This document shows, one piece after another, positions 10,071 through 20,000 of a stretch of 20,000 bases of DNA (within the stretch, counting starts at the first letter, position 1; each line of letters opens with the position of its first letter). The translations under genes were made by a program, and so were the position numbers. The notes beneath the pieces were generated by a model, which was not told the origin of the DNA, did no database searches, and saw nothing but the letters and a program-made list of their open reading frames with translations. This DNA comes from Chiloscyllium plagiosum (lineage: Eukaryota), in contig NC_057719.1 in NCBI RefSeq assembly GCF_004010195.1, positions 48,835,679 to 48,855,678 of the forward strand, read 5' to 3'.

Positions 10071-11114
10071 AAAAGCTCGATTTGTTAATCCGTTCATCCG
10101 CAATCGTATTCAGAAGCATGTTCGTTTATCATTCCGAATCAAATCTTTTCAAATTGCTGATGTACCTGTTTTATAAATACAAGATGGCGCAGGATTAACG
10201 TGGGAGGAATTTAGAAACAAAATGTTCAATTTCCCTTCTAAGAGTGGCAAACGATGTCGCAGATTGATGGCGTGAATAACCTTCCTAGTTTGCAGTGACT
10301 TTAAAATGAAAGGTGCACTCCAAGTCTTACTAAATTTTTTTCTGGATAATTTCTTCAGTGTTCAATGATGTTGCAGGACTATTGTAAGGCACATTTCCTG
10401 AATCAGTTCTCAGATACAAAATACGGGTTCAATTTTTATTTCTTTAAAATATGGAACAAGACAACTCTGTTTATGTGATGTCTTTCAACAAGTTTAATTC
10501 TGTTTGTAGATTAACGCTGGAAGTAGCATTTCCACTCAGTTGCAGAGCGGGCATTAAGCAGACAAGCCGCTCATTGTTTGTCCAGCTCCCAATCTTTCTC
10601 CCCTCCACCACCCCTTGCATTAAGCCCTAGGTGGCATTCTTTACATCTGACATCACAGCACTTTCTGTGAGGTGGTTTATCTGACAGGATTTGCTGGGAG
10701 ACCATCTGAGGTGTGCGGAGCAGCGAGAAAGAACAAAACACTGTTGTGAGGCGGGCAGTCAGGGAGATCTGCAGCGATCGGGTGACTGCTACGTATTCAA
10801 GGCGTGTAACCGAAGATCATTAGAAAGCATCAAAGGAAATTAATTGGGAGGGAAACATGAAATGCTGCTTACATGTTTTATCTTCTCAGTGCTTGCAAAA
10901 GAACTCACTTTCAGTCCATAGATGGTCAATTTATTACCAAGCCCATTGTAATTTTTGAAAGCATCATTTGCTTCTGGGGTGGGACGCTCCGACTTGTATT
11001 TTAACGATCATTTCTTTTGATATTTCCTAACCTGCTGTCTCCGTTAGCTCTTACGGGTTGCCTCTTATTTAAAAAAAATTCTGCTACAAGCAGACACACA
11101 GCGAAAGATTGGCG

Positions 11115-11128
11115 ATGCAGGCTGTGCC
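11115..11128 (+). CDS. Candidate coding end of an alternative first exon (MQAVP, phase 2)
   Basis: GCG-ATG CAG GCT GTG CC|GTGGGT: purine at -3 and a plausible donor, inside the CpG-rich region. Confidence 0.3.
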
Positions 11129-11342
11129 GTGGGTTTTTATTTTGATGCTTTGCATTGTGGCCTGAGATAGTGTTTGTTTATGTGGGCAAGAAGTTAAATC
11201 CGTTGTGGAATGTGGGAGTTTTGCTGCGGGACACTCAAAGTGTGCTTGGATTCTCTCTGTGGCTATGTGAGACTCTGGACCAAGAAGCCTCGTGGGTAGA
11301 ATTAAAGGATGAGGGGCACTACATTTCCAAATTTAATGAATA

Positions 11343-11355
11343 GGGTCAATGACCC
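11343..11355. promoter_or_regulatory. Perfect IR1 nuclear-receptor element (FXR/RXR-type)
   Basis: GGGTCA-A-TGACCC is an exact match to RGGTCA N TGACCY. Confidence 0.45.
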
Positions 11356-11489
11356 AATGTACCTATATTTGGGCACTCTGCTGAGCCCTGCCAGAACCAG
11401 GCTTTTGTTTTTCGCTAGTTGGAAAGGACTTAATAGCTTTTAACTCCCAACGTCATTCGCCATTGTGATTTGTAAATGTATTCCTTCAG

Positions 11490-11670
11490 TGTGGCTGGGG
11501 TAAAATCCTGGATCTTCCTGTCTAACAGCATTGTTGGGATATTTACATCAAATGGATACCAGCCGATTATGAAGGCAGCACATCAGCATCTTCTCAAGGG
11601 CAATACAAATAGGCAATAAATGCTGGCCCAGCCGGTAACGCCCGCATTCCCTGAATGAATCAGAAAAAAG
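11490..11670 (+). mobile_element. CR1/L2-group LINE 3' terminal fragment
   Basis: AAAATCCTGGA...CTAACAGCATTGT...GAAGGCAGC.CATCA.CATCTTCTCAAGGGCAA...AATAAATGCTGGCCCAGCC...GAATGAAT + A-run. Tail shared with the SINE at 7682. Confidence 0.75.
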
Positions 11671-12124
11671 AAACTGGTGAGTTGGCATAATTTATCAGAT
11701 TCCAACCTCCCCCCATCCCCCACTTATCCCACAGCCATGTTCTATCACTTAAGAGTGCATGTGTTTAAAGCCTACTGTTGGCAAGAATTTCAAGCTTGGA
11801 AACCAAAGATTCTACACAAAGAGTTGTGTGTTCAGAAGGTCAAAGGTATATAATTATTTCAGTAAGGGTACTTTAGGCAGCTTGACTCCGTCTTGTGCCA
11901 CTCAGTGCCCTTACATTGGCTGCTAAATGGTGACTATGAAACATGTGGGTCACTTCAAATCCTTTGCGGTTCCCTTTTTCCAGGAAGCACATTACCCTCC
12001 AATCTCTGACTGACTCAGAGTAACAAAATGCCATGAAAAGACTAATAGAGATAGCTACCTCCCAGAATCACTGCGATAGTATCTCACTGTGCTGAATGGT
12101 TGGTCTGCCCATACATTATTTTAA

Positions 12125-13240
12125 GAATTTTTCACAGAATGTTGGTGTCATTGCTGAGACCAACATTTGCTGCCCACACCTTGAGAAGGCAGTGGTAAAG
12201 CATTTTCTTGAACTACTTCAGTTCACAGTGCTTTAAGGAAGAGAGCTCTAGATTTTTGATTCAACCATACAGTTCCAAGTTAGGATGATGAGTGCCTTGA
12301 AGGGGAACCTGGAGGTGTTGGTGTACCCATACATCGACTGGCTTTGTCCTTTTGGATGATTATGCTATAGAATTCAAATAGACTATAAAAGGAACATTAG
12401 TGAGGTACAGTTGTTCATCTTATCTTATATGTTGTTAGTGTTGCCAGTGTTGGGGACAGTAAATGCTTAAAATGATGGATGGGGTGTTGTAAGAGTTGCA
12501 TTTATCCAGGCAAGTGAAGAATATTTCATTGCACTCCATCACTTAAAAGGTTCTCAGTTTTTGACCTGCTTGGGGTCTTAATATTTATTTGGCCAGTCCA
12601 ATTTGGTTTCTGGTCAATTTAAACACCAGAGAATACTGGTAGTGGGGAGTCAGTGCTCGTAATGCCATTGAATATGAAAGAAAAATGGTTTGATCACTTG
12701 TGTTTAGACAGTCATTTCTCAGCAATTGTTACTGTCCACTTATCAAGCCAAGCCTGAATGTTGACCAAGTCTTGTTTTATATGGATATGATCTGCTTCAG
12801 TATCTGAGGAATTGTGAACAGTGCTGAACATTGTGCAATCAACATCCCCACTCCTGACCTTATGATGGAGAGAAGGGGATTGACAAAGCAGCTGAAGATG
12901 ATTATATGTAGAACTACCCTGAGGAACTCTTGCAAAGATGTCCTGAGATTGAAATGACTGACATCCAAAAATCTCAAGCACATTATCTTGTGCCATGTAT
13001 GGCTGCAACAATGAAGAGTTTTCACTGCAATTTCCCTTGATATCAATTTTGCCAGGGCTCTTAGCTGCTACAGTTGGTCAACTGCTGCATTCATGTGATG
13101 GGCAGTGACTGTCAACTCCTCTTTTGAGTTAATCGCTTCTATGTTTGGACCAATGTAAATGCCATCAGGAGCTCAGTGGCGCTGGCAGAACCCAAACTAA
13201 GCATCAGCGAGTAGGTTCTCACTGTTTAAGTGCCACTTGA
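12125..13240 (-). mobile_element. CR1-group LINE relic: RT core to 3' end, with deletions
   Basis: Across frames: SQDIFARVPQGS / IIFSCFVNPLLSIIRSGVGM / DCTMFSTVHNSSDTEADHIHIKQDLVNIQAWLDKWTVT, that is GVPQGS plus a partly deleted FADD motif. The 3' tail near 12125-12210 is complementary to 11560-11670. Confidence 0.88.
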
Positions 13241-13445
13241 TAGAACTGTATATCAAGTACTGACAGATTCCATCGTTTTTTTGGAGGCAAACAATTGTAT
13301 TTATCCTTTTGTATTTATTAGAAAATGCTTCCAGTTGAAACAGAAGATGCGTGGATTAAATAAGAAACTGATGGAAATGCCCAAAAATAGTACTAAATTC
13401 AAGGGAGTAATGTAACAATGGTAACTTTAAATCATGAAACAAAGC

Positions 13446-13765
13446 CATTTGTGGTGGTATTATCAACAGACCATTAATCAAGAGTTCCAGGTAATGTTCT
13501 GGGGACCTGGGTTCAAATCCCTTCATGCTATATGGTAGAGTTTGAATTCAATTAAATTTGGAATTAAGATTATAACGATAACCATGAAATGATTGTCAAA
13601 AAAATCCCACCTAGTTCACTAATGCCCTTTCGTGAAGGAAACTGCTGTTGTTACCCAGCTAGCCTACGTGTGACTCCAGACCCACATCACTGTGGTTGAT
13701 AATATGATTGGGTAATAAATGCTGGCCCAGCTAGTGGCCCCCACATCCCGTAAATGAATACAAAA
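13446..13765 (+). mobile_element. Shark tRNA-derived SINE, near full length
   Basis: GTGGTATTATC...TAATGTTCTGGGGACCTGGGTTCAAATCCC (B-box), GTTCACTAATGCCCTTT, TGACTCCAGACCCAC, tail AATAAATGCTGGCCCAGC...CCACATCCC. Confidence 0.85.
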
Positions 13766-14319
13766 GATAAGTTGTAAGGGATAATTTTGAAAAACAACAA
13801 GTTGTAACCATGACAGTTGTTTGGACAAAGCAGTTTTGTGTGTCCAAGTGATAGGTGTAGTTGTCAGAAATCAGGTGAGGGATATAGCATACAAGCAACA
13901 AAACTGTATGCAGTCCATAGCTAAGTCTCAGAAATAAAAATAAGTACTGAACACCAACTTTTGTGAAATATGCTCTCGTGAATGTTAAGGGTGTTCCTCA
14001 ACAAAACCAATGTAATAGTGAATACGAAAGACCCATACACTATAGAATGTATCAGTCAGTTGAAGCAACAATTATGCACTTGGTCTTTGCTCATATATTT
14101 GTATTGTTAATTTCCCAAAAATACAGATTATAATTTGAATTTGATGTATTTGAAGAAGTGTTTGATGCTGTCACATTACTCAAAATCTAAGATATCCATT
14201 ACTACAAAATAAATCAATTTTCTTGAACTGCAAGCAGTTGGATAATCTGTGAAGAGCATAGTTCAAACATTCAGAGAGGGAATCCTTTGACAGGTTGGCA
14301 TTCCTGTCAATGTACTATC

Positions 14320-14478
14320 ACTGCATCAAAATCATGGAATTCCCTTTCTAAGGTATTGTGGGTATCCTGGTTCCAAGAATTTCAACAAGGCAGTTCACCA
14401 TCACTTTCCTAAGGGCAATTAGGGATGGTAATAAATGGCCAATGATGGCCAAATCCCATGAACGAAGATTTAAAAATA
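14320..14478 (+). mobile_element. LINE 3' terminal fragment, same family as 11490-11670
   Basis: CAAAATCATGGAATTCCCTTTCTAA...CAAGGCAGTTCACCATCAC...AAGGGCAATTAGGGATGG..ATAAATG...ATCCCATGAA. Confidence 0.75.
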
Positions 14479-14504
14479 ACTTGTGTTTAATAGCTATTTA
14501 TAAC

Positions 14505-15175
14505 ATTTGATTAATTGGTGAGAAAATATACATTTTGTCAAAGTTTTTCTTCTTGTACATCAGGACAAATTCATAAGAATTTCAACATTAAGGTAAAACA
14601 ACATGTATACATTATTTCTAGAATTGAAAGTACAGTTTAGTTGGCAAGTGGTAGATTGATAAATGCACCAGTTATTTATGACTGATGGTTAACTGCCAAC
14701 TTTCATTTAAATTTTAAGCCAAGCAAGGAATTTTGATACTCTCAGAGTATGTTTTTGACAACCAATTCAGCCATGGCAGTGTGGCACACTTGTACTGCTA
14801 GCTACATATTTGATATGAAAATCTCTTGTTCAGACTGAAAGGACACGTAAATGCAGCTCATCATATTCAAATCGACAAAACAGATGACAGCAATTCTCTC
14901 TGATTCATTTTTTTAGACAATGCCTTGATCTGTCAGTGCCAATCTTCCTGATTTAAAATTTAAACAAAGTTTGATAGTTAACTATTAGTTACCGTTAACT
15001 GTCAAGTCTCTTCACGGCAACAATTCTACAAATCATAGACTGATGTTAACAGAGCTCCATTCTTCCCTATATATATATGTTGTTTCCCCTTTACATTGGT
15101 ATTCTTGCAAATTGTCCGGCTGAGTGCAAAATAAAAACTTAAATAAAATAGTCATTTTCAGCAATACTCAAGTCC
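14505..15175. repeat. Long imperfect inverted repeat (MITE/fold-back-like): arms ~14505-14730 and ~14935-15175
   Basis: Left AAGTTTTTCTTCTTGTACATCAGGACAAATTCATAAGAATTTCAACATTAAGGTAAAACAACAT aligns with the reverse complement of the right arm, AAGTTTTTATTTTGCACTCAGCCGGACAATTTGCAAGAATACCAATGTAAAGGGGAAACAACAT. Inner GTTAACT...TTTAAATTTTAA blocks also pair. Confidence 0.8.
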
Positions 15176-15422
15176 TTTGACTGCCAAAACAAATTTAATT
15201 AATTCTTGCCTTTTATTTTATCTGCATAAGTCAATGGATGAAAATAATTTCTTCATAAAAATGTAACTAAAATTATACCATTGTTTAATTAATTACTTGT
15301 TTAACAAATGTACGCTATTTCTACATTAAAGTCAATTTGATTTTCTTTTTTAAGAAAATGAAATTACTCTTTTGAAGGGATAGTATTTTCCAGTACTAAA
15401 AAGCAATTTTGTTTGTTTCCAG

Positions 15423-15440
15423 GACATTTAATGACAGACT
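15423..15440 (+). CDS. Candidate 18-nt microexon (phase 2-2, -TFNDRL)
   Basis: TTTTGTTTGTTTCCAG|GACATTTAATGACAGACT|GTTAGG: strong acceptor, weaker donor. Confidence 0.25.
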
Positions 15441-15706
15441 GTTAGGCAAAAAAAACTAACATATAATTATGAAGCATCCTTCATGTTTTCATAACATCAA
15501 CAGTTTTAAGTAGCTTGAACATTTGCAGAATTGGAGTGATTTAAAATATGACACACAAATAACCTAGGATAGGAAGGTTTAAAAACAATGTAAGAGTTTG
15601 AAATAAGTGATTTTTAGCAGCTTTTATTACTTTTTAGCCTGAGAATTAACTAACAAATTGTGCAATTGTGTTATGCTTTGTTCTGATACAAAATTTTTTA
15701 TTTCAG

Positions 15707-15730
15707 TCATCTTAGAACCACACAAGTGAG
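15707..15730 (+). CDS. Candidate 24-nt microexon (phase 2-2, -HLRTTQV-)
   Basis: CTGAT branch-like site, then TTTTTTATTTCAG|TCATCTTAGAACCACACAAGTGAG|GTAAAT. Only the phase-2 frame is stop-free. Confidence 0.4.
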
Positions 15731-15938
15731 GTAAATAATCTCTGTAACATAACTCATATTATAATGGAAATCAGATTATGATTTAACATTCGATAACGGG
15801 TGTGATTATTATTTAAACTGTGCAACTGCGAAACTAAGCACATTTCTAAAATTATGAAAGCTGCTCCTCATGAATCAAGATATATTGAGACCCCAGTTGG
15901 GGACTCAGTGGTGAACATTCATTCACTTAAAACTGCTA

Positions 15939-16820
15939 TAGAGTAATAGAGTTGTATAAAATGAAAACAGACCCTTTGGTCCAACTTGCACATACCGACC
16001 AGATATCCTAAATCAATCTAGTCCCATTTGCCAGTACTTCGCCCATACCCCCTCAACTCTTCCTATTCATATGCCCATCCAGATGCTTTTTAAGTGTTGT
16101 AATTGTACCAACCTCCACCATTTTTGCTGGCAGCTCATTCCATGCACACACCACCCTCTGCATGAAAAAGTTGTCCCTTAGGTCCCTTTTAAATCTTTCC
16201 ACTCTCACCGTAAACCTATGTCCTCTAATTTTGGGCTATCCTCCCAAAACTATCCATGCCCCTCATGATTTTATAAACCTCTATAAGGTCATCCCTCAGC
16301 TGCCAACACTGCAGGGAAAACAGCCCCAGCCTATTCAGTCTCTCCCTATAGCTCAAACTCTCCAACCCTGGCAACATCTTTGTATTTCATTTCTGAACCA
16401 TTTCAAGTTTCACAACATCCTTCCTATAGCAGGGAGACCAGAATTGCATGCAGTATTCCAAAAGTTGCCTAACCAATGTCCTGTACAACTGCAACATGAC
16501 CTCTGAACTCCTATACTCAGTGCACTGACCAATAAACGCAAGTATACCAAACACCTTCTTCACTATCCTGTCTACCTGCGACTCCACTTTCAAGGAGCTA
16601 TGAACCTGCACTCCAAGGTCTCTTTGTTCAGCAGCACTTCCCAAGACCTTACCATTAAGTGTGTAAGTCCTGCCCTGATTTGCCTTTCCAAAATGCAGCA
16701 CCTCACATTTATCTAAGATAAACACCAACTGCCAATCCTCAGCCCACTGGCCCATCTGATCAATGTCCTGTTGTAATCTGAGGTAACCTTCCTTGCTGTC
16801 CACTACACTCCAATTTTGGT
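15939..16820 (-). mobile_element. HER1/CR1 LINE, 5'-truncated (ORF2 C-terminus plus 3' UTR)
   Basis: VVDSKEGYLRLQQDIDQMGQWAEDWQ...KCEVLHFGK...EQRDLGVQVHSSLKV...MLQLYRTLVRQLLEYCMQFWSP. 3' end is homologous to 19654-20000. Confidence 0.95.
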
Positions 16821-17459
16821 TGCTGTTAAGAGTTTGAGCAAAGCAGATAGCAGATTTCATTTTACAGGATTTTTAGAGCATAGTTTGCTCTGTTGTAGGG
16901 AATGAATGTAGAAGGGACCATTGGAATCGTTAGGGGAAAATCAGATTACATTTGAAACAGAGGAAGAGATAAACCATAGGACAGAACAGATCACTGAGAG
17001 TAGCTTTGGATATTAGTTATAAAGAACTGGCACAGAGATAATGGTTTGACTGTGCTCTTTAATGTTGTGAATATCAGTGATTCAATGAATATTCTCTTCC
17101 AGCTTTATATCAGGAGCAGAATAAAGCCAGTATTTAGAAATAACAAACCAACAACAACAGTACAAATCAAATCTAACACAGAAAATGGACATCAATTGAA
17201 ACAGAACATGGAAACTGCTTGAGCTTAATAAAAGTAGGATCACTAGAAATGTGTTCATGCCTTATTTAGATGAAACACATCAGCATCCAGAAATTATTGC
17301 ATCAAAGCAATGAATGAGCAGACAACAAAATAATTGGTTCTCTGTATCATCAAGTCATGCTTGGCATCCTGGGGCTATGAGCCATGCTGCATAAGGATGT
17401 TGCACAGTGGATGAAAATTGGCAATATATGTAAACTGGTCGCTACAGTAAAATCAAAGA

Positions 17460-18220
17460 ATCATAAAATAGTAATAACACAAAAAGACACCATTGTGTCA
17501 TATAAAATCAATTCTCCTAGTCCCATTCCTCAATTGTGTCCCCTTAGCTGTACAAAGTTTTCTTTTCTGGTGCTTATCCAAGTTCCTTTAAAAAGTGATG
17601 ATTGAATCTGACTCCACCACATTCTCAGGAAGTGTATTCCAGATCTTAAGCACTCACTGTATAGATTTCTCAAATGTTGCAATTGCTCCTTTCGGCAGTG
17701 ATTTTTTTTTAGTGCCCTCATGTTCCTAACCTTCATAATAATATGAAAAGTTTATTTCCATCTACACTGTTTAGACCCATCATGATTTAAATATCTCCAT
17801 GAACTCTCAACTTCTGTTCTTCAGAAAGCATAGCCCAAGCACCTCTAATCTATTGACCTAACTAAAGGCCCACCTCACTGGAGGGTCCCCTTGGTCATTT
17901 CTCTTTAAAGCCTTTCTAAAGTGTTGAGCACAGAATTGGACAACAATACTCTATTTGAGGCTAAGACAGAGTTTTATAAAGGTTCATCATAACCTCCACA
18001 CTTTTCTACTGTATGCCCTATTATGAAGCCCATGATTAAATGCCTTTTTAATTGCTATCTCAACCTGTTCTACCTCCTTGAATGATTTGTGCACATTTTC
18101 CCACCAAATCTTTGAATTTCCGTACCAACTATAAAATTACATCCTTCATATACAGTTCTTTTTCTCATTTTTCTGACCCAAGTGTATCACTACACACTTT
18201 TCTGCATTAAATTTCATCTG
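17460..18220 (-). mobile_element. Older CR1 LINE 3' fragment
   Basis: The minus strand near 18220 reads QMKFNAEKCVVIHLG. CCAATTCTGTGCTC (QF.A) and the 3' region (SECLRSGIHFLRMWWSQIQSSLFKG) are CR1-like. Confidence 0.75.
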
Positions 18221-18224
18221 ACAG

Positions 18225-19653
18225 AAGGTAAAAACAATGACTGCAGATGCTGGAAACCAGATTTTGGATTAGTGGTGCTGGAAGAGCACAGCAGTTCAGG
18301 CAGCATTCAAGGAGCAGTAAAATCGACGTTTCGGGCAAAAGCCCTTCATCAGGAATAAAGGCAGAGAGCCTGAAGCGTGGAGAGATAAATAGGAGGGTTG
18401 GGGATGGGGCTGAGGGGATGGTAACTGGGAAGGCGATAGGTAGTTTCAGTTGGAGGGGAGTGGTGATAGGTTAGAGGGGAAGATGGAGCAGATAGGTGGG
18501 AAGAAAGGTGGACAGGTAGGACAGTTCAAGAGGGCAGTGCTGAGTTGGAGATTTGGATCTGGGATGAAGTGGGGGGAGGGGAAATGGGGAAGCTGGTGAA
18601 ATCCACATTGATCCCGTGTGGTGGAGGGTCCCAAGATGGAAGATGAGGATTTCTTCCTCCAGGCATCGGGTGGCTAGAGTTTGGCAATGGAGGAGGCCAA
18701 GGACTTGGTGGAGTGGGAGGGGGATCGAAGTGTTCAGCCACAGGGTGGTGGGTGTGTTTAGTGCGTGTGTCCCAGAGATGTTCTCTGATGTGCTCTGCAT
18801 GTTGACATCCTGTCTCCCCAATGTAGCCGAGACCACATCGAGAGCAATGGGCACAGTAGACGATGTGTGTGGAAGTACAGGTAAATCTGTCAGATGTGAA
18901 AACATCCTTTGAGGCCTTGGTGGGGCGGTTGGGGGGGAAACGGTGTTTATGTGTGGAGGTTCTACACTTTTTGCTTTAGCAGTGGAATTTGCCGGGAGTG
19001 AAGGGTGGGTTGGGGGCGCATTGACTTAACAAGGGAGTTGCGGAGGGAATGGTCTCTCCGGAATGCAGATAGGGGTGGGGAGGGAAATATATCCCAGGTG
19101 GTGGGGTCTGTTTATAGGTGGCAGAAGGGGTGGAGGATGATGCAATGTATCCGGAGATTTATGGGGTGGGAGGTAAGGACCAGGGAGGGTTCTGTTCTTG
19201 TTGCGATTGGAGGTGTGGGATTCAAGGGCTGAGATATGGGAAGTGGAGGAGATATGTTGGAGGGCATCATCGCCCACATGGGAGGATAAATTGTGGCCTC
19301 TGAAGGAGGAGGCCATCTGGGATGTTCTATGGTGGAACTGGTCCTCCTGAGAGCAGATGCAGCAGAGGCGGCGGAATTGGGAATAAGGGATAGCGTTTTT
19401 ACAGGAGGCAGGGTGGAAGATGTAGCCCAGGTAGCTGTGGGAGTCTGTAGAAAATGTCTGTGTTAAGTTGATCACCAGAAATGGAGATGGCGAGGTCGAC
19501 AAAGGGGAGGGAGGTGTCCAAGATGGTCCAGGTGAACTTCAGGCCAGGGTAGAAGATGCTCATGAAGTTGATGAACTGTTCAACCTCCTCGTGGGAGCAC
19601 GAGGTGACACTGATACAGTCATCAATGTTGCAGAGGAAAAGGTGGTGCTGCTG
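18225..19653 (-). mobile_element. Penelope-like retroelement relic (RT C-terminus, GIY-YIG endonuclease, terminal repeat)
   Basis: LFLCNIDDCI...EQFINF...LKFTWTI..TSLPFVDLAISI (YIDD mutated to NIDD); TDSHSYL...HPASCKNAIPYSQFRRL..ICS; FTCTSTHIVYCAHCSRCGLGYIGETG...IREH...HPVAEHF (GIY-YIG with Cys/His motif). Multiple frameshifts. Confidence 0.95.
18320..18357 (-). ncRNA. Minimal type I hammerhead ribozyme motif of the Penelope terminus
   Basis: Minus strand: AUUC-CUGAUGA-A-GGGC-UUUU-GCCC-GAAA-CG-UC-GAUU. Both conserved core boxes, stem II and the GUC site are intact; stem I is short and imperfect. Confidence 0.7.
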
Positions 19654-20000
19654 TAGAGTCCTAGAGTCACAGAGATGTACAGCACAGAAACAGACCCTTC
19701 GGTCCAACCCGTCCATGCCGACCAGATATCCCAACCCAATCTAGTCCCACCTGCCAGCACTCGGCACATATCCCTCCAAACCCTTCCTATTCATATACCC
19801 ATCCAGATGCCTTTTAAATGTTGCAATTGTACCAGCCTCCACCATTTCCTCTGGCAGCTCAATCCATGCATTTACCACCCTCTGCATGAAAAAGTTGCCC
19901 CTTAAGTCTCTTTTATAACTTTCCCCTCTCACCCCAAACCTATGCCCTCTAGTTCTGGACTCCCCAACCCCAGGGAAAAGACTTTGCCTATTTACCCCAT
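19654..20000 (-). mobile_element. HER1/CR1 LINE 3' end, abutting or inserted in the Penelope RT; runs off the window
   Basis: RGESYKRDLRGNFFMQRVVNAWIELPEEMVEAGTIATFKRHLDGYMNRKGLEGY, followed by the 3' UTR and a GACTCTA-repeat tail at 19654-19670. Confidence 0.95.

Larger units (their letters stand above)
10078..11460. promoter_or_regulatory. CpG-retaining region without recognisable repeats (probable unmethylated promoter/enhancer)
   Basis: About 37 CpGs by hand count in ~1.4 kb, versus only a handful per kb in the flanks. YY1-like CAAGATGGCG at 10180-10189 and TCF/LEF-like CATCAAAGG at 10828-10836. Confidence 0.6.

Noticed and set aside
11115..11165. Unspliced 16-aa signal-peptide-like ORF MQAVPWVFILMLCIVA
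   Set aside because: Ends at a stop with no mature domain; better explained as read-through into a T-rich intron start, or chance.
17090..17125. Further acceptor TTCTCTTCCAG at 17101-17102
   Set aside because: Abuts a decayed CR1-like tail, has a short pyrimidine tract, and the phase-2 frame stops after 7 codons.
19399..19734. 111-aa ORF as a chimeric gene
   Set aside because: Accidental in-frame junction of the CR1 3' UTR with the broken Penelope RT.
1..20000. CRISPR array, operon or prokaryotic defence system
   Set aside because: No regularly spaced repeats or gene-dense structure; the sequence is vertebrate repeat-rich DNA.

Overview
Repeat-dominated, mostly non-coding eukaryotic DNA, very probably from a cartilaginous fish (shark). 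The evidence is HE1-type SINEs, HER1/CR1 LINEs, Deu-domain SINE pieces, Penelope-like elements and Harbinger relics, with family names recalled from consensus sequences rather than searched. There is no intact long CDS; nearly all listed ORFs are transposon debris, antisense shadows or noise. Well supported: a decayed PIF/Harbinger DDE transposase (3288-4471), several CR1/L2 reverse-transcriptase fragments, and a Penelope-like RT plus GIY-YIG relic (18225-19653) whose terminal region carries a minimal hammerhead ribozyme core. Also seen: two Penelope-derived fold-back elements with a decayed hammerhead core at the hairpin tip (1-500), an apparent local inversion splitting a SINE, and a ~670-bp imperfect inverted repeat. 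A CpG-retaining island (10078-11460) contains a perfect IR1 nuclear-receptor element. A speculative + strand host gene may have two alternative 14-nt start segments (MQYSP / MQAVP) and two phase-2 microexons. I could not identify the host gene, and I see no clearly proven novel system; the candidates below are hypotheses.
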